Assembly (NCBI GenBank): GCA_965203905.1
Contig: CBDBDQ010000005.1
Span: 4,320,001-4,384,000 of the forward strand
Reading direction: 5' to 3'
DNA length: 64,000 nucleotides
Source of the DNA: Spirochaetia bacterium
GTDB lineage: Bacteria > Spirochaetota > Spirochaetia > SZUA-6 > Bin103
Part shown: positions 18,300-28,351 of the stretch, piece after piece
Position numbering within the stretch: the first letter of the stretch is position 1
How the letters are laid out: the number at the start of each line of letters is the position of its first letter
Notes under the pieces: generated by a model
The model's database searches: none
Seen by the model: only the letters and a program-made list of their open reading frames with translations
What the model was told of the DNA's origin: nothing
Position numbers and translations under genes: made by a program

Positions 18300-18657
18300 A
18301 ATCTGGTGTGGTTGGCCATGAGGCCGGTCCCGTGCCGCCGGTTGACGAGAGAGGAGGTGGTGATGGTGGGGGTTTCGACCGTCGCCTGACGCGCCTGGAG
18401 GAGCAAGTGCGCTATCTTTCCGGGATGTCGCTCGGAAAGCTGATATCGAAGCCCTCAAGGCGCAGATTGAGGCCAGCAACACGCGCACTGAGAACGTCAG
18501 AACCGAGGTCGAGTCAGTCAGAACCGAGATCAGCAAGACAAGTGGCGCTCTCACCAAGCAGATCGGCGACAAACAAGACTCCGCGACCAAGTGGACAGTA
18601 GGAACGGGAGCGACTGCGGTGGCCGTAATTGTCGCCTTGCTCAAGCTGCTTCCGTAA
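18296..18657 (+). pseudogene. Frameshifted coiled-coil membrane-anchored protein (DUF1640/CCDC90-like)
   Basis: GGGDGGGFDRRLTRLEEQVRYLS, then a -1 shift at ~18421 to RDVARKADIEALK...KWTVGTGATAVAVIVALLKLLP*. GTGA overlap with the upstream gene. Confidence 0.65.
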
Positions 18658-18788
18658 GCCCGGCGAACCCTGCTCAAAGAGAAACCTGATCAAACTGCGT
18701 GGCAGATAGCGCCCGATGTGGATTTAGCACGTATCAATAAGGACGCGAAAGCAGGGAGATCCCGAATGAACAGAACAGGCACACGGCC

Positions 18789-21700
18789 ATGAGCAAGCGC
18801 AGGCGGCGGCGTCCGGCGTCACGGCGCACTACCACGCCGCCGCCGGGGCAGATTCAGCTTGGGCGTCTCGCGCGCCGCCGCATGGCCGGCTCCGGCGCCA
18901 TGCAGGTTCTCTTGCAGCGCATCGCGGCCGAGGAATTCCCGGTCGCCGTCGAGGGCGTGCACGGCGGGTTTGCCGCGTTGCTGCTGCATTGGCTGCGCGA
19001 GCAGGTCGCGGGGCCGTTGCTGGTGGTGACGCCGACCGAGCAGGAGGCCGACCTGCTGGTGGACGACCTGCGCCTGTTCGCCGGGACGTCCTCCGACGCC
19101 GCGTCCGTCGCTCCCGCGGCTGTCGGAGGGGCGCACGCGGACCCAACCGCTGCCGGCGGCGCTGCGGGTGAGCGCGTGCGGCGCTTCCCCTGGTGGGGGC
19201 TGCTGCCCTATTCCAACGTCGCGCCGCTGCCGGCGGTGTTCGGCGAGCGTGCCGGCGTGCTTGCGGAACTGGTCACCTCGCCCGAGGCCGTCGACGTCGT
19301 GGTCACCTCCCTGCGCGCGCTGCTCACCCCCGTGCCGCCGGCGGACTACCTGGCCCGGCGCGTGCTGGAGCTGGCGGTCGGCACCGAGCTGGATCCGATC
19401 GCGGTCGAGGAGCAGCTCGTCAGCTTCGGCTACGTGCGCGTTCCGCGGGTCTCGATCCACGGCGAGTTCTCGGTCAAGGGTGAGGTGATCGACGTCTACC
19501 CGTACGCCCGCGAGCATGCCGTGCGGGCGGTGCTGGAGTTCGACACCGTCGAGGAGCTGCGCGAATTCGAGCCGGCCACTCAGCGCTCGGTGGCGGCGCT
19601 GCAGCGGGCCGCCGTGTACCCCGCGCGCGAGGTCCACGTCGCCGGCGAGGAGCTAGAGGTGCTGGCCGGCAACCTGGCCCAGGCACACCTGCCGCAGGAG
19701 CAGCGCGAGCTGTTCCTGGAGGGGCTGCGGCGTGACCCCGACGCACGCAGTGCCGAGCTGTTCTTCCCCCTGTGCTTCGCTCAGCCCGCGACGCTGTTGG
19801 AGATCCTGCCCTCCGGCGCGCTGCTGGTGCTGGCCGGCGAGGAACGGTTGGCGGCCACCTTCGCCGCGGTGCGCAAGGAGTACTACGAACTGCACCGTCA
19901 GGCGGGCACCGCGGGTCACTTCGGACCGCTGCCGAAGGCGTTCCTGCTCGACTACGGGCGCCTGGTGCGCGACTGTCCGCGGCGGGTAGCCATTCACGAG
20001 CTGGCGCCCAGCCGCGCAGTCGATGCCGCACCCGAGCCCGCGCGCCTGCGCCTGGGGTGCGAGCCGCCGCGCTCCTTCTTCGGCAACATCCCCTACTTCC
20101 GCGACGAAGTGGCGCGGTTGCGGGACAACGGCAACGATATCGTGATCTTCGCCGTCTACGAGCACCAGGCACAGCGGGTGCAGGCGCTCCTCGGCGAGCT
20201 GGCTCGCGACAGTTCCGTGCGCATCGTACCGCAGACCATCAGCGCCGGGTTCGCGCTGCCGGCGGCGAACATCGTCGTGATCCAGGAGAACGAGATCTTC
20301 GGCCGCAAGCGGCGCATCCCGCGTACCGCCGCCGCCGTACAGAGCGAGGCGATCGACTCCTTCGTCGACCTCAGCGCCGGCGACTACATAGTCCACGTCA
20401 ACTACGGGATCGGGCGCTATCACGGCCTGCAGCGGATGCGCGCGCTCGGCAACGAGCGCGACTACATCGACCTGGAGTTCGGCGGCGAGGAACACGTTTT
20501 CCTGCCGATCGAGCAGGTCAACCTGATCCAGCGCTACGTTGGCAAGGAGGGACGCACGCCGAAGCTGGACCGCATCGGCGGCAAGGCGTGGGACGCGCGC
20601 AAGGCCAAGGTGCGCAAGTCGGTCGAAGAACTGGCCGAGCGCCTGGTGCGGCTGTACGCCAGGCGCAAGCAGGCGCAGGGCACCGCCTTCGACGCCGACA
20701 CCGACTGGCAGGCGCAGTTCGAGGCCGGGTTTCCGTACCAGGAGACCGACGACCAGATCCGCTGCATCGAGGAAGTCAAGGTGGACATGGAAGCGCCCAG
20801 TCCCATGGACCGGCTGGTGTGCGGCGACGTCGGCTTCGGCAAGACCGAGGTCGCACTGCGCGCGGCGTTCAAGGCGGTAATGGGCGGCAAGCAGGTGGCG
20901 GTGCTGACCCCCACCACGATCCTGGCCGAGCAGCACTTCGAGACCTTCAGCGAACGCTTCGGCGCGTTCCCGGTGCAGGTGGAGATGCTGTCGCGGTTCC
21001 GCAGCAGGCAGCAGCAGCGCGCCGTGGTGGCGGCGGTCGCCGGCGGCGGCGTGGACGTGGTGGTGGGCACCCACCGGCTGATCCAGAAGGACGTGACGTT
21101 CAAGAATCTGGGGTTGCTGGTGATCGACGAGGAACAGCGCTTCGGGGTCAAGCACAAGGAGCGGCTCAAGGAGCTGAGGACCAACATCGACTGCCTTACG
21201 CTCACCGCCACGCCGATTCCGCGTACCCTGCACATGTCGCTCACCAAGATCCGCGACATGTCGATCATCACCACCCCGCCGCAGAACCGGCTGCCGATCG
21301 AGACCTTCATTCAGGAGTACGACGAGGAGCTGGTTGCCGACGCCGTGCGCAAGGAGCTGGCACGTGGCGGCCAGGTGTTCTACCTGCACAACCGCGTACG
21401 CTCGATCCAGGAGGTGCGCGGCTTTCTCACCCGGCTGCTGCCGGAGGCCAGCATCGACTTCGCCCACGGCCAGATGGACGAGCGCGAGCTGGAAGACGTG
21501 ATGCACCGCTTCGTGGGCGGCGAGTTCGAGGTGCTGGTGGCCACCTCCATCATCGAGAACGGGCTCGACATCCCCAACGTCAACACCATCGTCATCGACC
21601 GCGCCGACATGTTCGGCATCGCTCAGCTCTATCAACTGCGCGGGCGGGTGGGGCGCTCGGACAAGCCGGCCTACGCCTACCTGTTCTACCCCAGGGAACG

Positions 21701-22379
21701 CGCGCTGAGCGAGCTGGCGATGAAGCGCCTGCGCATCATCTCCGACTTTACCGAGCTCGGCGCCGGCTTCAAGGTGGCGATGAAGGATCTGGAGGTTCGC
21801 GGCGCCGGCAACCTGCTCGGCGGCGAGCAGAGCGGCGACATCCTGGCGGTGGGCTACGACCTGTACGTGCGGCTGCTCGACCAGGCGATCGCGGCGCTGG
21901 GAGCCGACGGCAAGAAGAGCGGCGTGGACCTGGAGGCGCCGGACGTCTACCTGGAGCTGGAATACTCCGGCTACATCCCGAACGACTACATCTCCGAGCC
22001 GGTGGTAAAGATGGAGGTGTACAAGAAGATCGCCGCGGTTACCAGCCCCGACGAGCTGGAACGGATCCACGGTGAGCTGATCGACCGCTTCGGCCCGCTT
22101 CCGGACGTGGTGCTGAGCCTGCTGTCGATCGCGGAGATCCGTATCGCCTGCCGCCGCCTGGCGATCGCCTCGCTGCGCGAGCAGCGCGGCGTGGTACGGC
22201 TGGAGTTCGCGCGCATGCAGCAGGTGTCGGTGGACAAGGTGATGCGGCTGCTCGCCGAGAGCAACGGCAGCGTGCGCCTGGACCCGGCGCGGCCCAACTG
22301 CCTGCTGATCGACAGCGGCGGCATCGGCCTGCGCGAGAAGTCGGAGTTCCTCAGCGAAAAGCTCGGCGCCCTGGTATGA
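18789..22379 (+). CDS. mfd: Transcription-repair coupling factor
   Basis: UvrB-like N-terminus, CarD/RID 'VHVNYGIG', 'CGDVGFGKTE', 'DEEQRFG', 'QLRGRVGR', 'DLEVRGAGNLLG', TRCF C-terminal domain. True start may be slightly downstream. Confidence 0.96.
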   Translation: MSKRRRRRPASRRTTTPPPGQIQLGRLARRRMAGSGAMQVLLQRIAAEEFPVAVEGVHGGFAALLLHWLREQVAGPLLVVTPTEQEADLLVDDLRLFAGTSSDAASVAPAAVGGAHADPTAAGGAAGERVRRFPWWGLLPYSNVAPLPAVFGERAGVLAELVTSPEAVDVVVTSLRALLTPVPPADYLARRVLELAVGTELDPIAVEEQLVSFGYVRVPRVSIHGEFSVKGEVIDVYPYAREHAVRAVLEFDTVEELREFEPATQRSVAALQRAAVYPAREVHVAGEELEVLAGNLAQAHLPQEQRELFLEGLRRDPDARSAELFFPLCFAQPATLLEILPSGALLVLAGEERLAATFAAVRKEYYELHRQAGTAGHFGPLPKAFLLDYGRLVRDCPRRVAIHELAPSRAVDAAPEPARLRLGCEPPRSFFGNIPYFRDEVARLRDNGNDIVIFAVYEHQAQRVQALLGELARDSSVRIVPQTISAGFALPAANIVVIQENEIFGRKRRIPRTAAAVQSEAIDSFVDLSAGDYIVHVNYGIGRYHGLQRMRALGNERDYIDLEFGGEEHVFLPIEQVNLIQRYVGKEGRTPKLDRIGGKAWDARKAKVRKSVEELAERLVRLYARRKQAQGTAFDADTDWQAQFEAGFPYQETDDQIRCIEEVKVDMEAPSPMDRLVCGDVGFGKTEVALRAAFKAVMGGKQVAVLTPTTILAEQHFETFSERFGAFPVQVEMLSRFRSRQQQRAVVAAVAGGGVDVVVGTHRLIQKDVTFKNLGLLVIDEEQRFGVKHKERLKELRTNIDCLTLTATPIPRTLHMSLTKIRDMSIITTPPQNRLPIETFIQEYDEELVADAVRKELARGGQVFYLHNRVRSIQEVRGFLTRLLPEASIDFAHGQMDERELEDVMHRFVGGEFEVLVATSIIENGLDIPNVNTIVIDRADMFGIAQLYQLRGRVGRSDKPAYAYLFYPRERALSELAMKRLRIISDFTELGAGFKVAMKDLEVRGAGNLLGGEQSGDILAVGYDLYVRLLDQAIAALGADGKKSGVDLEAPDVYLELEYSGYIPNDYISEPVVKMEVYKKIAAVTSPDELERIHGELIDRFGPLPDVVLSLLSIAEIRIACRRLAIASLREQRGVVRLEFARMQQVSVDKVMRLLAESNGSVRLDPARPNCLLIDSGGIGLREKSEFLSEKLGALV

Positions 22380-22442
22380 CACCCGCGCAGGCAGCCCGAC
22401 CCGCAGGTTGCCGGTAGGATGACCGGTCGGTAAGGTGAGCCC

Positions 22443-23621
22443 ATGGCTGATCGGACCGACTTTCGCCGCTGGAACGTCACCCGCCTGGAGCTGGAAGCGT
22501 GGCGCAATTTCAGCCGTAAGGCGGAAATCAGACTTCGCGGACGAAATTCCTTCGTTGGACCGAACGCTGCCGGCAAATCCAACATTCTGGATGCGCTCCG
22601 TTTCCTGCGCGACGTTGCCGGCTCGGGACTTGATGAAGCGGTGGCGCTACGCGGTGGCATGCGCGAGGTGCGCTCACTGCATGCGAGGCAGTTTCCCGGC
22701 GTCCGAATCGCCGTCGATGTCGGGCCTCGCGACAGTAGCGCCCTTTGGTCGTACGAACTGCACTTCCGCAATCATCCGAACCGACACCGTCCCGTCGTAG
22801 AGCGCGAGTGCGTGCGCTTGGATGGAGCGCTGATCCTGGACAGACCTGACAAGAGGGATCAGCGGGACGCGGAACGTCTCACTCAGACCCACCTTGAGCA
22901 GGTCAGCGAAAACCAGAAGTTTCGCGTACTGTCCGGCTTCTTCGGCTCCATTCGTTATCTGCACCTCGTTCCACAAGTAGTACGTGAGTTCACCCGTAAC
23001 AGCGACCCGCGCGGCAGAACGCCGCGGGGCGATGATCCCTACGGTTCCGACTTTCTGCAGCGGGTGGCCGACACCAACCAGCGCAGCCGCGAAGCTAGAC
23101 TACGCAAGATTCAGGCCGCCTTACGGTGGGCGGTCCCTCATTTCAACGGCTTCGAGCTTGAGCGTGACAGCAATGGCAAATGGCATCTTAACGCGACTTA
23201 CAACCACTGGCGAGCGCACCGCGCCAGGCAGAGCGAGGCCGCCTTCTCGGACGGCACGTTGCGTTTGTTGGGGTTGTTCTGGGCGCTGGCGGACAGTGGC
23301 GGTCCCCTGTTGCTGGAGGAGCCGGAACTGAGTCTGCACGACGCTCTGGTCTCACGTTTGGCAACCTTGATGGCCCGCATGAACCGCACGTCCGGCCGCC
23401 AGGTGCTGATGACTACGCACTCGGCTGCGCTGCTCAGCGATGAAGGAATCGACCTCGGCGAGGTGTATCTGCTGAAGCCGGGTGACGAGGGCACCGTAGT
23501 GGTATGCGCCGCTGACTTGGACGACGTCAGGGTTCTGGTCGAGGGCAACCTCACACCTGGTGAAGCCATCATGCCACGGGCTGCGCCGAAGGACATCCAT
23601 CGACTCTCGTTCGAATTCTGA
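22443..23621 (+). CDS. ABC-type (AAA_21/AAA_15) ATPase of a putative defence module
   Basis: 'WRNF', Walker A GPNAAGKSN, signature 'FSDGT', Walker B 'LLLEEPE', H-loop 'TTHS'. Confidence 0.88.
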   Translation: MADRTDFRRWNVTRLELEAWRNFSRKAEIRLRGRNSFVGPNAAGKSNILDALRFLRDVAGSGLDEAVALRGGMREVRSLHARQFPGVRIAVDVGPRDSSALWSYELHFRNHPNRHRPVVERECVRLDGALILDRPDKRDQRDAERLTQTHLEQVSENQKFRVLSGFFGSIRYLHLVPQVVREFTRNSDPRGRTPRGDDPYGSDFLQRVADTNQRSREARLRKIQAALRWAVPHFNGFELERDSNGKWHLNATYNHWRAHRARQSEAAFSDGTLRLLGLFWALADSGGPLLLEEPELSLHDALVSRLATLMARMNRTSGRQVLMTTHSAALLSDEGIDLGEVYLLKPGDEGTVVVCAADLDDVRVLVEGNLTPGEAIMPRAAPKDIHRLSFEF

Positions 23622-23622
23622 A

Positions 23623-24221
23623 ATGTACGTGGCGCCGGTACCGTGCCTCGTCGAGGGAACGCTCGACGAGGCAGTAGTACGGAAGATACTGGACACCTCG
23701 TCCCTAACCGCTGGCTCGTTCTACCTCGTGAGCCTCCCGGCCTTCAGGACGCGGCTGAATGCATTCAATCGGGCCGCTCGGCATTCGGCATGGTTCGCCC
23801 TGTGCGATCTCGATGAAGAGGATTGTGCTCCGGCTCGCATACAGAGCTACCCTCCCGACCGGACGATTGGCATGTGCTTCCGCGTCGCCGTGCGGGCAGT
23901 GGAGGCATGGCTGATCGCTGATCGCGCCAACATGGCACGCTTCCTGTGCGTTCCCGTGATATGATGGATCCCCACCCCGAACGGTTGGGGGCACCGAAAT
24001 CTCACATCACCGCGCTCGCCCGACGTTCGAGAAGCCGGGCTATCCGTGACGGACTGGTACCCGCGGCGGGCGACTCAAGAAGGGTTGGACCGGAATACAC
24101 GCTGCTGATGAGCGAGTTCGACCGTGAACGGTGGTGTCCGCAGCGGGCGGCGGAACAGTCGCCGAGCTTGCGTCGAGCCTTGGATCGATGCCGGAGCCTC
24201 GCGGCTACCGGACGTTGGTAG
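23623..24221 (+). pseudogene. DUF4276-like TOPRIM-fold protein, interrupted
   Basis: 'VEGTLD', 'CDLD', 'RAVEAWLIAD' in the first frame (TGA at 23962). 'PERLGAPK...VGPEY...W....AAEQSPSL' continues in another frame. Confidence 0.75.
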
Positions 24222-24253
24222 CCGCCTTCGTCGGCCGGACCTTTGGGCCTGAT

Positions 24254-24306
24254 CCCTTAAAAAACACAACGTCGTTGTTGATTTTTTTCAGGGTGCGGAT
24301 GACATT
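24254..24306 (+). promoter_or_regulatory. AT-rich palindrome overlapping the predicted promoter of the export operon
   Basis: ACAACG-T-CGTTGT (24266-24278) flanked by A6/T7 and CCCT/AGGG; TTGATT-N17-GACATT-N6-ATG. Confidence 0.55.
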
Positions 24307-24312
24307 TCGCCC

Positions 24313-25113
24313 ATGCCAGTGCGGTTCCTGGCCGGTGTAGCTGAGGCGCTGATGGCCCCGGAGCGGCCGTTTGCGGCTCGCTCCACACCCAGGTTCTCGC
24401 TGTTCGCGCTGATGGCGCTGTTGCTGGCCGCCACCGTGGCCGGCGAGACGATGATCCTCTGGCACCTGCGCCATCCGGTGCTGCGCCAGATCGCCCTGGT
24501 GGAGGCGCGCCACGTCGCCGAGCAGCGCGCGCTCTCGTTCGACGATACGGAGGAGGTGGAGCGCATTCAGGCGGTGACCTATCGGCGCCTCACCGCGCCC
24601 TCCGGTGCCGCCGCCAAGACTGCGGCGGTGCTGCTCTCGGGCCTCGTCCTGCCGGCGGCAGTGGTCCTGACCTGGCTGGCGCTGCTGGTGCTGGCACAGT
24701 TCTTCGGCGGCGAAGAGCGGCGCCTGCCCGGCCGGCCGCGTGCCTCCGTCCACCTGGTGGCCACGGCATTTGTGCCGCTGGCGCTGCGGCGGCTGCTGGC
24801 CGGCGGCGTCACGCTGGCCACGGATCCGACGGCGGCGGCCAACGTTACCACCGTGGCGGCCTACCGCGAGCACACCATCGCCCGTTTCGACCTGGCGGCG
24901 CTGGCGCCCTGGGAGCCGCCCGCCTTCGTCGAGCGCGGCGCCTCCCTGGTTACCGATCCGTTCGGCCTGTGGGCGCTGGCGGTGCTCGCCGCCGGGAGCG
25001 CGGCGCTGTTGCGGCTGCCGGCCCCGCGCGCGCTGGCCCTGACCGCCGTCATCGCCCTGCTGTGGACGCTGTTCGATACCGTGACCGGCGGCCGTTGGGC
25101 GTTGCTGGCATGA
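24313..25113 (+). CDS. YIP1-like membrane protein (YknW-like)
   Basis: 'LMAPERPFA', about five TM segments, 'DPFGLW'; first gene of a MacAB-type operon. Confidence 0.7.
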   Translation: MPVRFLAGVAEALMAPERPFAARSTPRFSLFALMALLLAATVAGETMILWHLRHPVLRQIALVEARHVAEQRALSFDDTEEVERIQAVTYRRLTAPSGAAAKTAAVLLSGLVLPAAVVLTWLALLVLAQFFGGEERRLPGRPRASVHLVATAFVPLALRRLLAGGVTLATDPTAAANVTTVAAYREHTIARFDLAALAPWEPPAFVERGASLVTDPFGLWALAVLAAGSAALLRLPAPRALALTAVIALLWTLFDTVTGGRWALLA

Positions 25114-26423
25114 GGCGCCGCGCGAGCCGCCTCCTGCGGCTGGGACTGGCCCTGCTCCTGCTGGCCGGTGCCGGGGCCGTGCTGTGGCGGTTGTTCGCCG
25201 CCGATCCTGGAGCCGACGCCGTCCCGGTGACGCTGGAGGCCGCGCGCATCACCACCTTGCGCTCGCGCGTCGTGGGGAGTTGCGCGTTCCGCCCGCGGCG
25301 CAGCGTCACGGTGGTCAGCGAGACCGGCGGTCGCGTGGCAGCGATTCCGGTGACCGTGGGAACAGCGGTGAGCACCGGCCAGGAGCTGGTGGTGCTCGAC
25401 GATCGCCAGTTGCGGATGGCGCTGGCGCGCGCCGAGGCTGCGCTGGTGGCGGCCGACGCCGTTGCGCGACGCAATCTCGTCAGCCTGCGCGCCACCCTGC
25501 GCAGCGCCCAGGATGGCTGGGAGCGGGCCAGCGACACCCTGGCGCGCAATGAGTTGCTGCACCGAACCGGAGGCGCCACGCAGAGTGAGTTGGAGGATGC
25601 TCGGTACGCGGAGCGCGCCGCGGCCCGGGAACTGCGATCGGCACGGGAGCAGCTAAACCTGGCAACCGGTCGCCCGGCGGCAGCGGAGCCGATCGGCGAC
25701 GCCGGCGCCGACGAAGGCATCGTTGCCGCCGACCCCGAGGTGATCCAGGCCCGGCTGGCGCTGGCTCAGGCGGCCCACGACCTCGCCCAGGCCGTGTTGA
25801 CTGCCCCCCTGGCCGGGACGCTCACCGCGCTCGAGGCATCGCTGGGCAACCAGTTGGCTCCCGGCGCCACGGTCGCCACGGTCGCCGCGCTGGACGATAT
25901 CCTGGCGGAGGTGCAGGTCGACGAGGTGGACATCGGCAAGCTGCAGGTCGGACAGGCGGTGGTGCTGACCACCGACAGCGTGCGCGACGTCGAGCTGCCG
26001 GGCAGGATCTCGCTGCTCCCTCCCACCATGACCGACCACCTGGTTGCGGTGCAGGTGGACGTGGACGTGAGCGGCCTGCCCGCGGACGCCCAACTCCGTG
26101 CCGGCGCCTCCTGCCGGGCGCGCATCGAGGCCGAGCTGAAGCGGGACGTCACGGCGGTGCCGTTCGCGGCGCTCCTGGAGCGTCCGGGCGGCAGCGTGGC
26201 GTTCGTGGCGGTCCCCACCGGGGAGGATGACGGCCTGTACCGGCTGGAGCGGCGGGCCGTGAAGCTGGGCGCATCGAGCATCGACGAGGTGGAGGTGAGC
26301 GAGGGGGTGGAGGAGGGCGAACTGGTCGTGGTCGGCAACCTTTCCCTGCTGCGCGACGACCTGTTGGTTACGCGGGAAGAGGAGCCACCGGAGCCCGAGC
26401 CCGACCCGCAGGCGGCAGAGTGA
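25110..26423 (+). CDS. Efflux periplasmic adaptor (HlyD/MacA family)
   Basis: N-terminal TM, '[13 protein letters not shown]', coiled coil, 'LTAPLAG', '[13 protein letters not shown]', 'GVEEGELVV'; ATGA overlap. Confidence 0.88.
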   Translation: MRRRASRLLRLGLALLLLAGAGAVLWRLFAADPGADAVPVTLEAARITTLRSRVVGSCAFRPRRSVTVVSETGGRVAAIPVTVGTAVSTGQELVVLDDRQLRMALARAEAALVAADAVARRNLVSLRATLRSAQDGWERASDTLARNELLHRTGGATQSELEDARYAERAAARELRSAREQLNLATGRPAAAEPIGDAGADEGIVAADPEVIQARLALAQAAHDLAQAVLTAPLAGTLTALEASLGNQLAPGATVATVAALDDILAEVQVDEVDIGKLQVGQAVVLTTDSVRDVELPGRISLLPPTMTDHLVAVQVDVDVSGLPADAQLRAGASCRARIEAELKRDVTAVPFAALLERPGGSVAFVAVPTGEDDGLYRLERRAVKLGASSIDEVEVSEGVEEGELVVVGNLSLLRDDLLVTREEEPPEPEPDPQAAE

Positions 26424-27118
26424 TCCGCCTAGCCGCCATCACCAAGCGCTACCACATGGGAGCCGACGTCACGGTCACCGCGTTGGCGGGTATCGACCTT
26501 GAGATCGACGCCCACGAATTCGTCGCGGTGATGGGGCCCTCCGGCTCGGGCAAGTCGACGCTGATGAACATCATCGGCTGCCTGGACCGTCCCAGCGGCG
26601 GCCGCTACACCCTGGGGGACACCGACGTCGCGCGCATGACCGACCGCGAGCTGGCGCAGGTGCGCAACGCCAACATCGGCTTCATCTTTCAGACCTTCAA
26701 CCTGCTGCCGCGGATGACCGCCCTGCGCAACGTCGAGCTGCCGCTGGTCTACGCCGGTGCCGCGCGCCGCGAGCGCCGCGAACGCGCCGTTGCCGCGCTG
26801 GTCCGCGTCGGCCTGGGCGACCGCGTGCGGCACCGGCCCAACCAGCTCTCCGGGGGGCAGCGACAGCGGGTGGCCATCGCCCGCGCCCTGGTCAATGACC
26901 CTTCCATCGTGTTCGCCGACGAGCCCACCGGCAACCTCGACAGCGCCACCGGCCGCGACATCATGCAACTGCTGGCGCAGCTCCACGGTTCGGGAGCGAC
27001 CATCATCCTGGTGACCCACGAGGCCGAGGTCGCCGCCTACGCCGGCCGCGTGATCCATCTGCGTGACGGCCGGATAACGCGCGACGAGGCGCAGCGGCCC
27101 CTGCGTCCCGGCGTTTAG
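26420..27118 (+). CDS. ABC transporter ATP-binding protein (MacB/LolD type)
   Basis: GPSGSGKST, '[11 protein letters not shown]', 'LSGGQRQR', 'ADEPTGNLD', 'VTHE'. Confidence 0.93.
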   Translation: MIRLAAITKRYHMGADVTVTALAGIDLEIDAHEFVAVMGPSGSGKSTLMNIIGCLDRPSGGRYTLGDTDVARMTDRELAQVRNANIGFIFQTFNLLPRMTALRNVELPLVYAGAARRERRERAVAALVRVGLGDRVRHRPNQLSGGQRQRVAIARALVNDPSIVFADEPTGNLDSATGRDIMQLLAQLHGSGATIILVTHEAEVAAYAGRVIHLRDGRITRDEAQRPLRPGV

Positions 27119-27128
27119 GAAGCGCGGC

Positions 27129-28343
27129 ATGCGTTTCACCGAGGGCCTGCGCGAGGCATTCGACACCGTGCGCCACAACAAGCTGCGTACCGCGCTGACC
27201 GTCCTCAGCATCGTGATCGGCGTTGCCTCGGTGATCGCGGTAATGGCGACCGGGATCATGGGGCGGCGCGCCATCATGGGCGACCTCGCCGCCCTCGGCG
27301 GGGCGCTGTACTGGATCGAGCCGGCGGATGACGGCCGCGACGAGCGGCGCCGGGACCAGCATCTGCGCCTGGAGCACCTGGAGGCGATAGCCGCGCTGGT
27401 CGCCGACACGAGCTGGGTGAGTCCGATCCTGCGCGGCGACGCCGAGCTGCGCTTCCGCGACCGCGAGGCGCCGGCCAGATTGTTCGGCGTCGGCGCCGAC
27501 TACGCCGAGCTGTGGCCGGCGCCGGTGCAGGCGGGACGCTTCCTGGAGCCGCAGGACCGGCTGCAGCGGCGCAAGGTGATCGTGCTGGGAGACCGCGTCG
27601 CGCACCGCCTGTTCGACGACCCCGGGCGCGCCGTGGGCAGCGTGGTCAGCGCCGGCAGCCTGCAGTTGCAGGTGGTGGGCGTGATGGCGGCGCCCGACGC
27701 GCGCAGCGCCGACGGTTCCGACGAGCGCACCTGCTACCTGCCGCACGAACTCTTCCGCACCATCTACCCGTGGGACGCCGCCATTGGACCCCACGTGCCG
27801 GAGATCACGCTGCGCGCCCGCGACGCGGCGCTGCTCGGCGAGTCGATCGCCCGCGTCCAGCGCTTCCTGGACCGGGTGCTGCCCGGTTCGCCCTCGGTGC
27901 GGCCGTTCGTGGTGAAGACCGACCAGGCGCGGATCGAGACCGAGGCGTCGGTGTTGCGCGTGATCTCCCTGGTGATGACCCTGGTGGCCGGCATCTCGCT
28001 GCTGGTCGGCGGCCTGGGGATCATGAACATCATGCTGGTGAGCGTCAGCGAGCGCACCACCGAGATCGGGCTGCGCAAGGCGGTGGGCGCCCGCGACGGC
28101 GACATCCTGGGCCAGTTCCTGATCGAGGCGGTGGTGATCTGCCTGCTGGGCGGACTGTGCGGAGTGATATTGGGATTCGGCGGCACCCTGGCGGTGGCAC
28201 TGGCGCTGCGCTGGAACCTGGTCTTGCCGGAGGTGGCGGCCGTCGGCCTGGGCGTGGCGCTGGCGACCGGCCTGTTCTTCGGCGTCTATCCGGCAACCAA
28301 GGCGGCGCGGCTGCCGCCGGTGGTCGCCCTGAGCCGCGACTGA
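27129..28343 (+). CDS. ABC permease (MacB_PCD/FtsX)
   Basis: 'NKLRTALTVLSIVIG', 'GIMNIMLVSVSERTTEIGLRKAVGA', 'YPA.KAARL.PV.AL'. Confidence 0.92.
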   Translation: MRFTEGLREAFDTVRHNKLRTALTVLSIVIGVASVIAVMATGIMGRRAIMGDLAALGGALYWIEPADDGRDERRRDQHLRLEHLEAIAALVADTSWVSPILRGDAELRFRDREAPARLFGVGADYAELWPAPVQAGRFLEPQDRLQRRKVIVLGDRVAHRLFDDPGRAVGSVVSAGSLQLQVVGVMAAPDARSADGSDERTCYLPHELFRTIYPWDAAIGPHVPEITLRARDAALLGESIARVQRFLDRVLPGSPSVRPFVVKTDQARIETEASVLRVISLVMTLVAGISLLVGGLGIMNIMLVSVSERTTEIGLRKAVGARDGDILGQFLIEAVVICLLGGLCGVILGFGGTLAVALALRWNLVLPEVAAVGLGVALATGLFFGVYPATKAARLPPVVALSRD

Positions 28344-28351
28344 GGCGCGGC

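Noticed and set aside
19653-22382. 909-aa antisense ORF and 767-aa alternate-frame ORF over mfd
   Set aside because: Shadow ORFs caused by GC3 bias; no motifs.
23962-23964. Selenocysteine or stop read-through at the TGA in the DUF4276 gene
   Set aside because: The conserved C-terminal half lies in a different frame, so read-through alone cannot restore it.
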